Origin: a virus
IMG/VR virus record: IMGVR_UViG_3300025120_014869
Coordinates: 1 to 64,000 of that record
DNA: 64,000 nucleotides
Strand: one strand, 5' to 3'
Shown: positions 46,952 to 55,836 of the stretch, one piece after another
How positions within the stretch are numbered: position 1 is the stretch's first letter
Layout: each line of letters begins with the position of its first letter
Made by a program: the position numbers and the translations under genes
The notes under the pieces: model-generated
The model's input: the letters and a program-made list of their open reading frames with translations, nothing else
Told to the model about the DNA's origin: nothing
The model's database searches: none

Positions 46952-47807
46952 TTTAGTTCACAGAGTTTATTGGGTTGCCAATAATATAAAAAACGTAAAA
47001 GAAAATTATCACGTTTATATGTTTTTAAATTCAGTAAAAAGTTATGTAGAATTATATAAGCCTGATAAAACTTTTATGGTCTGGGATGAAAAACCTGATT
47101 ATAGACCTAATAAACGTAAAGAACTATTAAAAGAATATAAAGGTAACCGTAATAAAGATTATAACGTTGAAGTTCATGCAGGTAATGAATTGATAAAAGA
47201 ATTATTACAAGATATAGGTATTCCATCTATTTTTCCAAGAGAATATGAAGCTGATGATGTTATAGGTATAATTGATAAAGCAGCTCGTTCTGAAAGTGTA
47301 TCTAAGTTTTACTTAACAAAAAAATTATACAGACATATTATCATTACTGTTGATAGGGATTTATGTCAATTAATTAATGAAAAAGTTTCAGTTTATGATC
47401 CTATACGAAAATATGAAATTAATAATGATAATTTTGAAGAAAAATTAAAGTATAAGAAGGAAGACTTTATTAAAGTTAAAGCATTGCAAGGTGATAAAAG
47501 TGATAACATACCTGGTATAAAAGGTATGGGTAAAGTTAAAACCGAAAAATACCTAAAAGGAGAAGTAGAATTAACTAATGATGAAATAGAGATATATAAT
47601 AAAAATTTGCAATTAGTTAAGCTTACTAATGATAGTGAAGAAGTTAATTATGTTAATGAGCAAATTTATAAAGCTAGTTTCGATACTAATTGGGATAAGT
47701 TTTTAGATAAATGTAAAGAATTGAAATTTAATAATATTCTTAAGAAAGATACGGTATGGTATAATACCTTTTTTCAAGATAATAGATTAATAGACCTTTT
47801 ATCATAA
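46923..47807 (+). CDS. rnh: T4 RNase H / 5'-3' exonuclease
   Basis: IDGNN, YKGNR, EADD, DRDL, GDKSDNIPG; likely start MKILTIDG. Confidence 0.9.
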   Translation: MKILTIDGNNLVHRVYWVANNIKNVKENYHVYMFLNSVKSYVELYKPDKTFMVWDEKPDYRPNKRKELLKEYKGNRNKDYNVEVHAGNELIKELLQDIGIPSIFPREYEADDVIGIIDKAARSESVSKFYLTKKLYRHIIITVDRDLCQLINEKVSVYDPIRKYEINNDNFEEKLKYKKEDFIKVKALQGDKSDNIPGIKGMGKVKTEKYLKGEVELTNDEIEIYNKNLQLVKLTNDSEEVNYVNEQIYKASFDTNWDKFLDKCKELKFNNILKKDTVWYNTFFQDNRLIDLLS

Positions 47808-47815
47808 ATAATTAT

Positions 47816-48058
47816 ATGCATAATTTTATAAACCCTCAAAAAATTAGATCACCTTATACAGGAGAAACATCTATACCAACATTTAATACATATGATGCAG
47901 ATGGTAAAACTTATGAGCAAGCTATTTTTTCAGACCCGGTAACAGGTCATATTATCAAAAAAGGTTTAATTAGCGTTAAAGATGCTAAGACTGGGGAATT
48001 AATTCAAGATTACAATAGTGCACTAAGTCAGAGTAATACTACTCAACATAGGCAATAA
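47816..48058 (+). CDS. Hypothetical late protein
   Basis: TAAATA-5-ATG. Confidence 0.6.
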   Translation: MHNFINPQKIRSPYTGETSIPTFNTYDADGKTYEQAIFSDPVTGHIIKKGLISVKDAKTGELIQDYNSALSQSNTTQHRQ

Positions 48059-48093
48059 TCTTGATATCCTAAGATCATATCTTATAATAAGGT

Positions 48094-49125
48094 ATGATAT
48101 CCGTACCTGAGCAGTATGTTATAGATGTACTATATGAGAATGTTTATAAAATCTCATATAACAAATATACTAAAACCTATAATGGTTGCTGCCCTATATG
48201 TAAAGAAGGAGGTTCTTGGGGTAAAAAGAAAAGATTTTATTATATACCTAATAAAGAATTAGCTTATTGTCATAATTGCGGTTACAGTAAAAAAGCTCTC
48301 GTCTTTATTACTGAAGTTACTAATAAACCTCTTCATTTTGTTATAAATGAAATAAAAGACTTTGATACTGAAATTATAATTGATAAAAAAGAAGAGGTAA
48401 TAAAAAAAGAAATTAATAAAAGTTTACCTGAAGATTGTATTAATTTATCTGATGTAAGTCAAATAGAATATTATAAAGATGATCCAGCAGTTAAAGAAGC
48501 TTTAAGGATTATAAAAGAAAGAAAATTAGATAAAGGTATTAATAAACCTAAAACGTTTTATATTTCATTAAACGATCCTGTACATAAAAATAGATTAATA
48601 TTACCTTTCTATAATGAAATAGATGAAATTATATTTTATCAGAGTAGAGGTTTATTAAAAAAAGATTTATTTAATAAACCAAAGTATCTGAGTAAAGTTA
48701 ATGCAGAAAGAAGTTTATATGGGGTACAAAATATTGATTCTTCTTTAGAACAAGTTTTTGTATTTGAAGGACCTATAGATAGTTATTTTTGTAAAAATGG
48801 ATTAGCTACTTGCGGTATTACAGAAAATAGCAATAGAATGTTTACATCATTGCAGAAAGAACAGTTAAATAAACTTAACTTTTATGATAAAATTTATGTA
48901 TTAGATAATCAATGGTTAGATAAAGCAGCATTGAATAAAAGTATAATTTTAGCAGGTAGTAATGAAAAAGTATTTGTATGGCCTAAAGAATTAAAAACCT
49001 TTAAAGATTTCAATGAAATATGTGTTGCAGGTAATAAAGACAAAATAAGACCTGAATTTATATTAAAAAATACATATTCAGGTCTTAAAGCTAAAATTTT
49101 ATTAACTGAAATAAAAAATAGTTAA
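48094..49125 (+). CDS. gp61: DNA primase gp61
   Basis: CPIC...CHNC zinc ribbon, RLILP, KY, FEGPIDS, DN, KDFN. Confidence 0.92.
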   Translation: MISVPEQYVIDVLYENVYKISYNKYTKTYNGCCPICKEGGSWGKKKRFYYIPNKELAYCHNCGYSKKALVFITEVTNKPLHFVINEIKDFDTEIIIDKKEEVIKKEINKSLPEDCINLSDVSQIEYYKDDPAVKEALRIIKERKLDKGINKPKTFYISLNDPVHKNRLILPFYNEIDEIIFYQSRGLLKKDLFNKPKYLSKVNAERSLYGVQNIDSSLEQVFVFEGPIDSYFCKNGLATCGITENSNRMFTSLQKEQLNKLNFYDKIYVLDNQWLDKAALNKSIILAGSNEKVFVWPKELKTFKDFNEICVAGNKDKIRPEFILKNTYSGLKAKILLTEIKNS

Positions 49126-49412
49126 TTTTTATTAAGAGGTTGTTCTTTACCTACAAAACCAGGAGCTCTACTACCGGTAGTCATAAAATCTACGTATTGA
49201 TTTAAGGTTTTCAATTCACTTACTATAGCTTCTAATGATTGCTCTATATTACCAAAAGCAATATCTTCATTATCTTCACAATCTAAAGGTTCCATTTGAC
49301 CTAATTGGTCATCTTCAGGAGCCTCTTCCGGGGCATACTGATCATTTACATCTTCAGAAATAGTTTTACCTGCTAAGTATCTTTCAAAAATTATTTTTTC
49401 TTCGTTATTCAT
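49122..49412 (-). CDS. Hypothetical acidic late protein
   Basis: TATAAATA upstream; MNNEEKIIFERY. Confidence 0.6.
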   Translation of the reverse strand: MNNEEKIIFERYLAGKTISEDVNDQYAPEEAPEDDQLGQMEPLDCEDNEDIAFGNIEQSLEAIVSELKTLNQYVDFMTTGSRAPGFVGKEQPLNKN

Positions 49413-49414
49413 AA

Positions 49415-49825
49415 TTATACATATTTATATTTAGGATCATTTGCTCCAGCTAGGTAGCCTTTTAAAATTTCACTTAAAGATGATATTTCCATTGCAACTC
49501 TTGCAATCTTTTTAGTTTCAGCATTTGAAATGCTATCAAATAAAGTATCATCTTCAGCAGTATTGAGTTTAGTTTGTACACTACCTTCTGTACCATTTAA
49601 ATAATTTGAAAATCTATCCATTTCTTGTATCCATGAATTTAATTCATCATACATTTCTTTTTGTCCGTTGGCTATTGGTGCATCTGGCACGTCTACGTCA
49701 AAATCACCTGTATCAGTACCGTCATCCAACGTAGCATCCATTGCTTCTGTATCAGTAATTTCACTGTCTAATTCTTCGTCTTGTTCATTTAAAAACTTAG
49801 AAAACTTTTTTACATATAAACTCAT
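49415..49825 (-). CDS. Hypothetical acidic late protein
   Basis: Start reassigned to MSLYVKKFSKFLNEQ by TATAAATA-5-ATG. Confidence 0.65.
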   Translation of the reverse strand: MSLYVKKFSKFLNEQDEELDSEITDTEAMDATLDDGTDTGDFDVDVPDAPIANGQKEMYDELNSWIQEMDRFSNYLNGTEGSVQTKLNTAEDDTLFDSISNAETKKIARVAMEISSLSEILKGYLAGANDPKYKYV

Positions 49826-49827
49826 AT

Positions 49828-49845
49828 TAATATTTATAAATATTA
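49828..49845. promoter_or_regulatory. Palindromic bidirectional late promoter
   Basis: Perfect palindrome TAATATTTATAAATATTA giving TATAAATA-5-ATG on both strands. Confidence 0.72.
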
Positions 49846-49847
49846 GT

Positions 49848-50231
49848 ATGCATTCTAAAGTAAACTTCAATGATTTTTTATCTCAACTAAATGAAGACAT
49901 CGGATCCGACAATATGATACCTGATTCTCAAAGGCAACAACTTGGACTTAAGTCTGAAGTACCTGCTCAACAGACGTCAGTTAATGATATGATGAGAAGA
50001 CAAGGAAGAACTGATGTTGCACCAGAAAATATACCATACCCGTTAGGTCAGTTTGAAGATACTGCATCTGAAGCTTATGTTGCTATACAGAATTTAGAAC
50101 AGATACTTAAAATAGCTAAAACTAATGAAGTTATTAAGAATAAAAAACCTTTAGATGCTATTGGCAAAGAATTAATCAATTTAAAAAAAGAAATAGTTGA
50201 TATTTCAAGGAAAGTGTCTAAAATAAAATAA
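49848..50231 (+). CDS. Hypothetical late protein
   Basis: Start reassigned to MHSKVNFNDFLSQLNED by TATAAATA-5-ATG. Confidence 0.62.
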   Translation: MHSKVNFNDFLSQLNEDIGSDNMIPDSQRQQLGLKSEVPAQQTSVNDMMRRQGRTDVAPENIPYPLGQFEDTASEAYVAIQNLEQILKIAKTNEVIKNKKPLDAIGKELINLKKEIVDISRKVSKIK

Positions 50232-50605
50232 TGAAGAAAGCTTTTATATCCCTATCTATAACATTATTAGTTAGTATATTATTTGGAGTCATTTTTAAAG
50301 ATATATATGTATTTTGCATTGCATTTATTTTTCAATTCTTATTTTTTTATCTATTCAATTCAGTTTATGGAAACTACTTAAGCAAGAAGGCTTTACAATT
50401 AGCTACTGAATTTGAAAAAGAAAGAAGTAAAAATGAAAGAATCGTTACATGTCAATGTGGTGGTAGAAGTACACAAGAGGTTAGTTTAGATCCTACTAAA
50501 GAACAAATTTATAATTGTAAAGAGTGTGGTAAAGATATAAGAATTAATATTTTTATAGATACAACGTTAGTTACAACTCCAGTTTATAGTGCTTCAAATG
50601 GATAG
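50231..50605 (+). CDS. Membrane protein with C-terminal zinc ribbon
   Basis: Two TM segments; CQC...CKEC. Confidence 0.65.
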   Translation: MKKAFISLSITLLVSILFGVIFKDIYVFCIAFIFQFLFFYLFNSVYGNYLSKKALQLATEFEKERSKNERIVTCQCGGRSTQEVSLDPTKEQIYNCKECGKDIRINIFIDTTLVTTPVYSASNG

Positions 50606-51002
50606 CAATTACGATAAACATTTTAAAGAAGTTAAACCAACTTCCTTTAGTGAAGAAAAAAAAGAAGTAAATATAACTTTAAATGAATTAATTAATTTTT
50701 TTAAGGATGGAAACTTTGAAAACTACCAAGAGCTAAATAATGGCATAGTATATCAAAAGAATAAAGATCTTAAATTAGTAGAGCAATTTTTTAAGTTACT
50801 TATCGAAGAAGCTGATAAAGTACAAAGTAAAGCTAAAAATACTGAGGATAATATTTTATTTAAAAATAACAAAAAAATATTAGTAACTAATTTAAATTTC
50901 ATACGAGAAACTTTTAATCAATACGGTATCAATGAAAGCAGAATATTATACTTTCTTTTAGGAACTTTCATACAATATATATATGAGCAACGAAAGTATT
51001 AA
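50589..51002 (+). CDS. Hypothetical protein
   Basis: ORF in operon. Confidence 0.55.
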   Translation: MLQMDSNYDKHFKEVKPTSFSEEKKEVNITLNELINFFKDGNFENYQELNNGIVYQKNKDLKLVEQFFKLLIEEADKVQSKAKNTEDNILFKNNKKILVTNLNFIRETFNQYGINESRILYFLLGTFIQYIYEQRKY

Positions 51003-51246
51003 TATTGAAGAAGAATATGGGTTAGATTTTTTAGCAAGATTTGCTTGTTTATACGAAGGTGTAAATGTAGCATGTGCAAGAGCAGAAAAATTAGGTTATG
51101 ATACGGAAAAGAGTAATGTGTGGATTAAACCTACAGCATTACAAAAGTATATTGATGAGAGATATCTAGATATGAAATATGATATGTCACTCTATAAAAA
51201 AGGAATGGATACAGATGAAATTTATCCCTGGAACCAGGTTTATTAA
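50983..51246 (+). CDS. Hypothetical protein
   Basis: ORF in operon. Confidence 0.6.
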   Translation: MSNESINIEEEYGLDFLARFACLYEGVNVACARAEKLGYDTEKSNVWIKPTALQKYIDERYLDMKYDMSLYKKGMDTDEIYPWNQVY

Positions 51247-51418
51247 TAAAACCTTTAAACATACAAAATTCTTTAAAAGAGGTGAACCATTTACTATTAA
51301 AAATATAAAATTAAAGGATGGTAAAATAGAATATACCTTTGATTTTATTGAATATGAAAAGTCTATTAAGTTTAATTCTAGTGAAGAAGCTGATAAAGTA
51401 CTTTCTGTTATGATTTAG
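51215..51418 (+). CDS. Small hypothetical protein
   Basis: Likely start MKFIPGTRF within ORF 51179..51418. Confidence 0.5.
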   Translation: MKFIPGTRFINKTFKHTKFFKRGEPFTIKNIKLKDGKIEYTFDFIEYEKSIKFNSSEEADKVLSVMI

Positions 51419-52203
51419 TAGTAATCACCGTAGACATCGTTATCATTGACATCCATATCAAAGACCTCTTTCTTACTAACTTCGTCTATAATATATTCAC
51501 TATAACCGTCTTTCTTAGTTTCAGTTTGAGGGTTAGCACCTCCACTTAATCTACCAGCTTCTTTATCTTCATATACTTGCTGATTACCGTTTATACCTTC
51601 TCCTGCATCATTGAAAGGTATATTAGGTTCAAAACTAAAGTCTAATCGTTTTGCTTTTAGTAAAAATACATAATGACCACCAAGTGTATTTATCTGAGAT
51701 ATATCTTGATCTAATTTTTCAGTTATTTCAAAATACTTAGCTTGTCTATTACTTGGTCTATCATCACCATATTCTGATAATTGAAATATATCACCAGCTT
51801 TGGGTTCAATTACATCAAATTGAGTACCATAAACACCGCTTAAAGTAAAGAATGAATCATGGAAACTAGATATATGAACATATGCAGTAATATCATCATC
51901 ACTTTCAAACCCAAATTTACTTAAATTAACTGCATTTTCATTTAAAGTAGCTGCTATTACTAAATCTCTAGGCTCGGTAAAGGTCTTAGTAGTCTGTTCT
52001 CCGTAAAAATTATCAGCACTTAGTACATTATACGTATTTACAAAGTATTTAGTTTTAGTACCGAATTGATTAATTTGTTCTCTCCACCAATTACTAAAAA
52101 GTAACCTTTCACTATGTTGTATTGACTTATCTGAAAATCTATAAGCAGTGTCATCACTCTGAACTAACCCAGGGTATTCATTGTTATAGTTTATATTACT
52201 CAT
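51415..52203 (-). CDS. gp14: Neck protein gp14-like
   Basis: EQINQFG, FYGE, LSKFG, PKAGD, YFEIT. Confidence 0.72.
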   Translation of the reverse strand: MSNINYNNEYPGLVQSDDTAYRFSDKSIQHSERLLFSNWWREQINQFGTKTKYFVNTYNVLSADNFYGEQTTKTFTEPRDLVIAATLNENAVNLSKFGFESDDDITAYVHISSFHDSFFTLSGVYGTQFDVIEPKAGDIFQLSEYGDDRPSNRQAKYFEITEKLDQDISQINTLGGHYVFLLKAKRLDFSFEPNIPFNDAGEGINGNQQVYEDKEAGRLSGGANPQTETKKDGYSEYIIDEVSKKEVFDMDVNDNDVYGDYY

Positions 52204-52508
52204 TTTTCGATTACAAATTTACCTATATTATCATCAAAGTATAGACTTATACCAGTACTACCTAATTTTTTAGTTTCACCTTTATAAGGTATAACTTTAT
52301 ATTCATCTCTTATATATGTTAAGTCTCTCCCATCACATATCTTTTTACCTTTACCATTACGAAGTGATTCTATCTTATTATTTTTAGTAGGGTCTGATTT
52401 AACGTAATCAGGTACTAAATTAAGATGTTTTCTTCTATAGTTTTTATCGTGGTCGGTATAACCTCTACGATGTCTATGGTTGGTAAAAAATTTAGAAAAT
52501 GTATCCAT
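52200..52508 (-). CDS. Hypothetical basic late protein
   Basis: TAAATA-6-ATG; MDTFSKFF. Confidence 0.6.
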   Translation of the reverse strand: MDTFSKFFTNHRHRRGYTDHDKNYRRKHLNLVPDYVKSDPTKNNKIESLRNGKGKKICDGRDLTYIRDEYKVIPYKGETKKLGSTGISLYFDDNIGKFVIEK

Positions 52509-52523
52509 CAATATTATTTAAGC

Positions 52524-52551
52524 AAAAAAAAAGCTGGTCGAAACCAGCTTT
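52524..52551 (-). terminator. Intrinsic terminator with TTCG loop
   Basis: Minus strand AAAGCTGGT-TTCG-ACCAGCTTTTTTTTT downstream of 52573 gene. Confidence 0.85.
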
Positions 52552-52572
52552 AATTTTCTTTAATTTTTTAAA

Positions 52573-53499
52573 TTAGTTAGATTGGTAATAATCTTCACCT
52601 GCACTATAAGCTACTTTATTAGATCCTGGTGATACTTTAGAAAGACCTGAATCTTTTTGATTTACTAATGGATGACCTTCGTCGTTCACTGAATAACTAG
52701 TAATTTTTGGCTTTGAATTTTTACCGCCTTTACCTTTTTTAGCTTTAGATGATACTACGCTTTTGACTTGATTTGAACCACCTGTTACTGAAGTAGGATT
52801 ACCACGTTTTTGATTTACTAATGGATGACCTTCATCAGTAGCATCAACTGCTTCTTTATGAGTCTCATCTTCATCTTCATCTTCACCGTCTTCTTCGTCT
52901 TCTTCCATTTCATAATGTTCACCATCTTCATGTTCCATGTCTTCATGCTCCATGTCTTCTGCTTCAGGATCTTCATCACCAATAGCTGCTTGTAAAATAT
53001 CGCAAAGCTGTTTCGCCATATCTTTGTTTAATGTTACCGTAATTTCATCAGAGCCCTCATCATCTCCACCCTCTTCGGTATCTACTCCTAGAGCTTCTAA
53101 TTCTTGTTGTTCTTCATCAGACATTACATTTTCAAAAAGTTTGTCAAAAGTTGATTTCATATAATTATTTATAGACTCTTTAACCTTTTTTCCAATTTTT
53201 TTATCATAATTTTCAGAAGAGTAAATTTTTGGCTCGTATGCATTTTCTTTTTTACTCTTTTTAGGGTCGATAGGTTCATGAATACCTTCAACTTGATCTG
53301 TTTCAGTAGTTTCTTTATTCTGCATATCTTGTGCTTGTTTACTATTCAACTCAACTGGTCCTTTACCAACTGTATTGCCCGGTAAACCACCTTTCATGTT
53401 TCCAGATTTAGCAGCCTTTTCACGAGCTGAAGATTTTTCAGATATAATGTTATCATTATATGTATTCCATATTTCGGTTAGAGTATTTACACGAGTCAT
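52573..53499 (-). CDS. Acidic low-complexity late protein (possible prohead core/internal protein)
   Basis: TATAAATA-5-ATG at 53499; E/D-rich; duplicated DEGHPLVNQK; own terminator. Confidence 0.65.
   Translation of the reverse strand: MTRVNTLTEIWNTYNDNIISEKSSAREKAAKSGNMKGGLPGNTVGKGPVELNSKQAQDMQNKETTETDQVEGIHEPIDPKKSKKENAYEPKIYSSENYDKKIGKKVKESINNYMKSTFDKLFENVMSDEEQQELEALGVDTEEGGDDEGSDEITVTLNKDMAKQLCDILQAAIGDEDPEAEDMEHEDMEHEDGEHYEMEEDEEDGEDEDEDETHKEAVDATDEGHPLVNQKRGNPTSVTGGSNQVKSVVSSKAKKGKGGKNSKPKITSYSVNDEGHPLVNQKDSGLSKVSPGSNKVAYSAGEDYYQSN
52654..52833. repeat. 27-bp exact direct repeat (52654-52680, 52807-52833)
   Basis: tttttgatttactaatggatgaccttc twice, encoding EGHPLVNQK. Confidence 0.85.
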
Positions 53500-53517
53500 G
53501 TAAATATTTATAAGGAC

Positions 53518-55203
53518 ATGGCCAAAGATAAACAAAACTATATGAATAACCCTAATCTACCTACAGTAGGGGCTGAATTTCAATATACACCAGAGATGGT
53601 TCAAGAGTTAAAAAAATGTGATAAAAACATTTTACATTTTGCAGAAAATTATTTCCATATTATTTCATTAGATGAAGGTAAGCAAAATATAAAATTACAC
53701 TTATGTCAGAAAAGAGCTTTACGTAAAATGCGTGATAATCGCTTCTTTATATTACTAGCAAGTAGACAGATAGGTAAAACTACTATGATGACAATATATG
53801 CTTTATGGGTAGCATGTTTTAACCCTGATCAAAGAATATTAATAGTAGCTAATAAAGAAGGCACTGCTATCGAGATAATGAGTAGAATTAGACTAGCTTA
53901 TGAAGAATTACCAAATTGGTTGAAACCTGGAGTTAAAGAATATGGTAAAACTTCAGTAGTTTTAGCAAATGGTACAAAAATAGGTATATCAACTACTACA
54001 GGTACTGCAGCTCGTGGTCAATCAGTTAATTGCTTAATATTAGATGAGCTTGCTTTTATTGAACCACATTTAGTAGAAGATTTCTGGAAATCAGTATATC
54101 CAATTATTTCATCATCTAAAAAATCTAAAATTTTTATAGCTTCAACAGCTAACGGTACAGATAATTTATTTTATAGTTTATATAGCGGAGCTGAAAATGG
54201 TGAAAATGGATGGGCTAGTGATAAAATATTATGGAATGAAGTACCAGGGAGAAATGAAAGATGGAAACAAGAAACTATAAGTAGTATAGGTAGTCAAGAA
54301 GCTTTTCAGCAAGAATTTAACTGCGAATTTATAAGCAGTGGTGAAGCTTCATTAGATGATGAGTTATTTGAAAGGTTATCTACACAAGTATGCGAACCAA
54401 AATATGTCTTTGATGATGGTAAGTACTTATTATGGGATCAACCTAAAGAAGATCGTATATATATAGCAAGTGTTGATACATCTGAAGGATTAGGTAAAGA
54501 TGCTTCAGTAGTACAAATATTAGATTATACTGATCTTACTAGAATCAATCAAGTTGCTGTATATTATAACAATGAAATATCACCTTATAACTTTACTATT
54601 AAGGTCCACGAAATATTACAACACTGGGGTAACCCATTAGTATGTATAGAACGTAACAACAGTGGTAGCCAAGTAGTTGATATACTTAAAAATACGCATG
54701 ATTATGAAAATATAATTTCTTGGGGATCTTCTACAGCTAATAGAAATAAAAGTCAATTAGGTATCGTATCACATACTAATACAAAGTATAGAGGTGTAAC
54801 AAATATGAGATATTGGATAAATGAAGTGGAAGCAGTTCAGATAAATGACATTAGATTAGTTAAAGAGTTAAAAACCTATGTAAAAGCTGCTAACGGTACA
54901 TGGAATGCACGTAAAGGTTATCATGATGATTTAGTCACCTCATTAATGTGGAACTTAATTGCACTAATTGATGATATAGTTGACAAATATTTTGAAGTTA
55001 CAAAAAAAGATGCTAATAATAGGCCATTAGAGCTTCAACAATTCGATTATGGTATTAAATATTTTATGGACCCTACTTCTTTATATACTAATGAAAAGCA
55101 AGGGGCCAGCAACACATTGCCTATTATTATAGGTAATGCTCAACAAACACAAAGTGAAATGGAACAATTAATGCAACAAGGATATAAACCATGGCAGTCG
55201 TAA
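53518..55203 (+). CDS. gp17: Terminase large subunit gp17
   Basis: ASRQIGKTT, ILDELAF, STANG, QEFNCEF, VDTSEG, HDDLV. Confidence 0.95.
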   Translation: MAKDKQNYMNNPNLPTVGAEFQYTPEMVQELKKCDKNILHFAENYFHIISLDEGKQNIKLHLCQKRALRKMRDNRFFILLASRQIGKTTMMTIYALWVACFNPDQRILIVANKEGTAIEIMSRIRLAYEELPNWLKPGVKEYGKTSVVLANGTKIGISTTTGTAARGQSVNCLILDELAFIEPHLVEDFWKSVYPIISSSKKSKIFIASTANGTDNLFYSLYSGAENGENGWASDKILWNEVPGRNERWKQETISSIGSQEAFQQEFNCEFISSGEASLDDELFERLSTQVCEPKYVFDDGKYLLWDQPKEDRIYIASVDTSEGLGKDASVVQILDYTDLTRINQVAVYYNNEISPYNFTIKVHEILQHWGNPLVCIERNNSGSQVVDILKNTHDYENIISWGSSTANRNKSQLGIVSHTNTKYRGVTNMRYWINEVEAVQINDIRLVKELKTYVKAANGTWNARKGYHDDLVTSLMWNLIALIDDIVDKYFEVTKKDANNRPLELQQFDYGIKYFMDPTSLYTNEKQGASNTLPIIIGNAQQTQSEMEQLMQQGYKPWQS

Positions 55204-55805
55204 ATCAATCTCAACTTAATAAAAGTAGATTAGATAAATTTCTACTTGTGTTAAATCTACCTACTTCACTTAAAAAAATCTCTGATAGTTATCTTGGTAG
55301 TAGAAAAAATACCGGTATCATAGAAGATAGTTTACAATTTTCAGTATACGGAGCTATAGTACCTCAAGTACAAGTTCCTGAGATATCTCAAGGTTATGCT
55401 GGTCAGTTTTATAAAGTTTCATCTAATAATAGACCAGCTTATGAAAATGTTACAGTTAATTTTACTATTGATAATGAATTTAACAATTATTGGCTATTAT
55501 ATAAGTGGTTGGATTTATTAAATGATGATAATTTATCTCAATTTAATGGTAAAGATGTTATAGATACACCTAACGTACCTTCAAGTCAGAGAAATAAAAG
55601 TAAATCTTTAACCCCTCCTGAATTATATCAAACTGACATAACTTTATACGCTAAAGATGAATTTGATAAAAATAAAGTAAAATTTACATACACTAAAGCG
55701 TTTCCCGTATCACTTGGTAGTATTGATTACAATTATCGACAAACGGGAGAGATTGAAACAACATTTGAGTTTGCTTTTTCACAATTACTAGTAGAATTGG
55801 TATAA
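55191..55805 (+). CDS. Tail tube-fold protein (gp3-like tail completion)
   Basis: FTIDNEFNNY, KW, AFPVSLGSI. Confidence 0.65.
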   Translation: MAVVNQSQLNKSRLDKFLLVLNLPTSLKKISDSYLGSRKNTGIIEDSLQFSVYGAIVPQVQVPEISQGYAGQFYKVSSNNRPAYENVTVNFTIDNEFNNYWLLYKWLDLLNDDNLSQFNGKDVIDTPNVPSSQRNKSKSLTPPELYQTDITLYAKDEFDKNKVKFTYTKAFPVSLGSIDYNYRQTGEIETTFEFAFSQLLVELV

Positions 55806-55836
55806 TTTTTATTGCGAAGACAATAAATAATAATAT

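Noticed and set aside
49668-49870. Apparent 200-bp head-to-head overlap of two ORFs
   Set aside because: Artefact of longest-ORF calling; promoter spacing supports starts at 49825 and 49848
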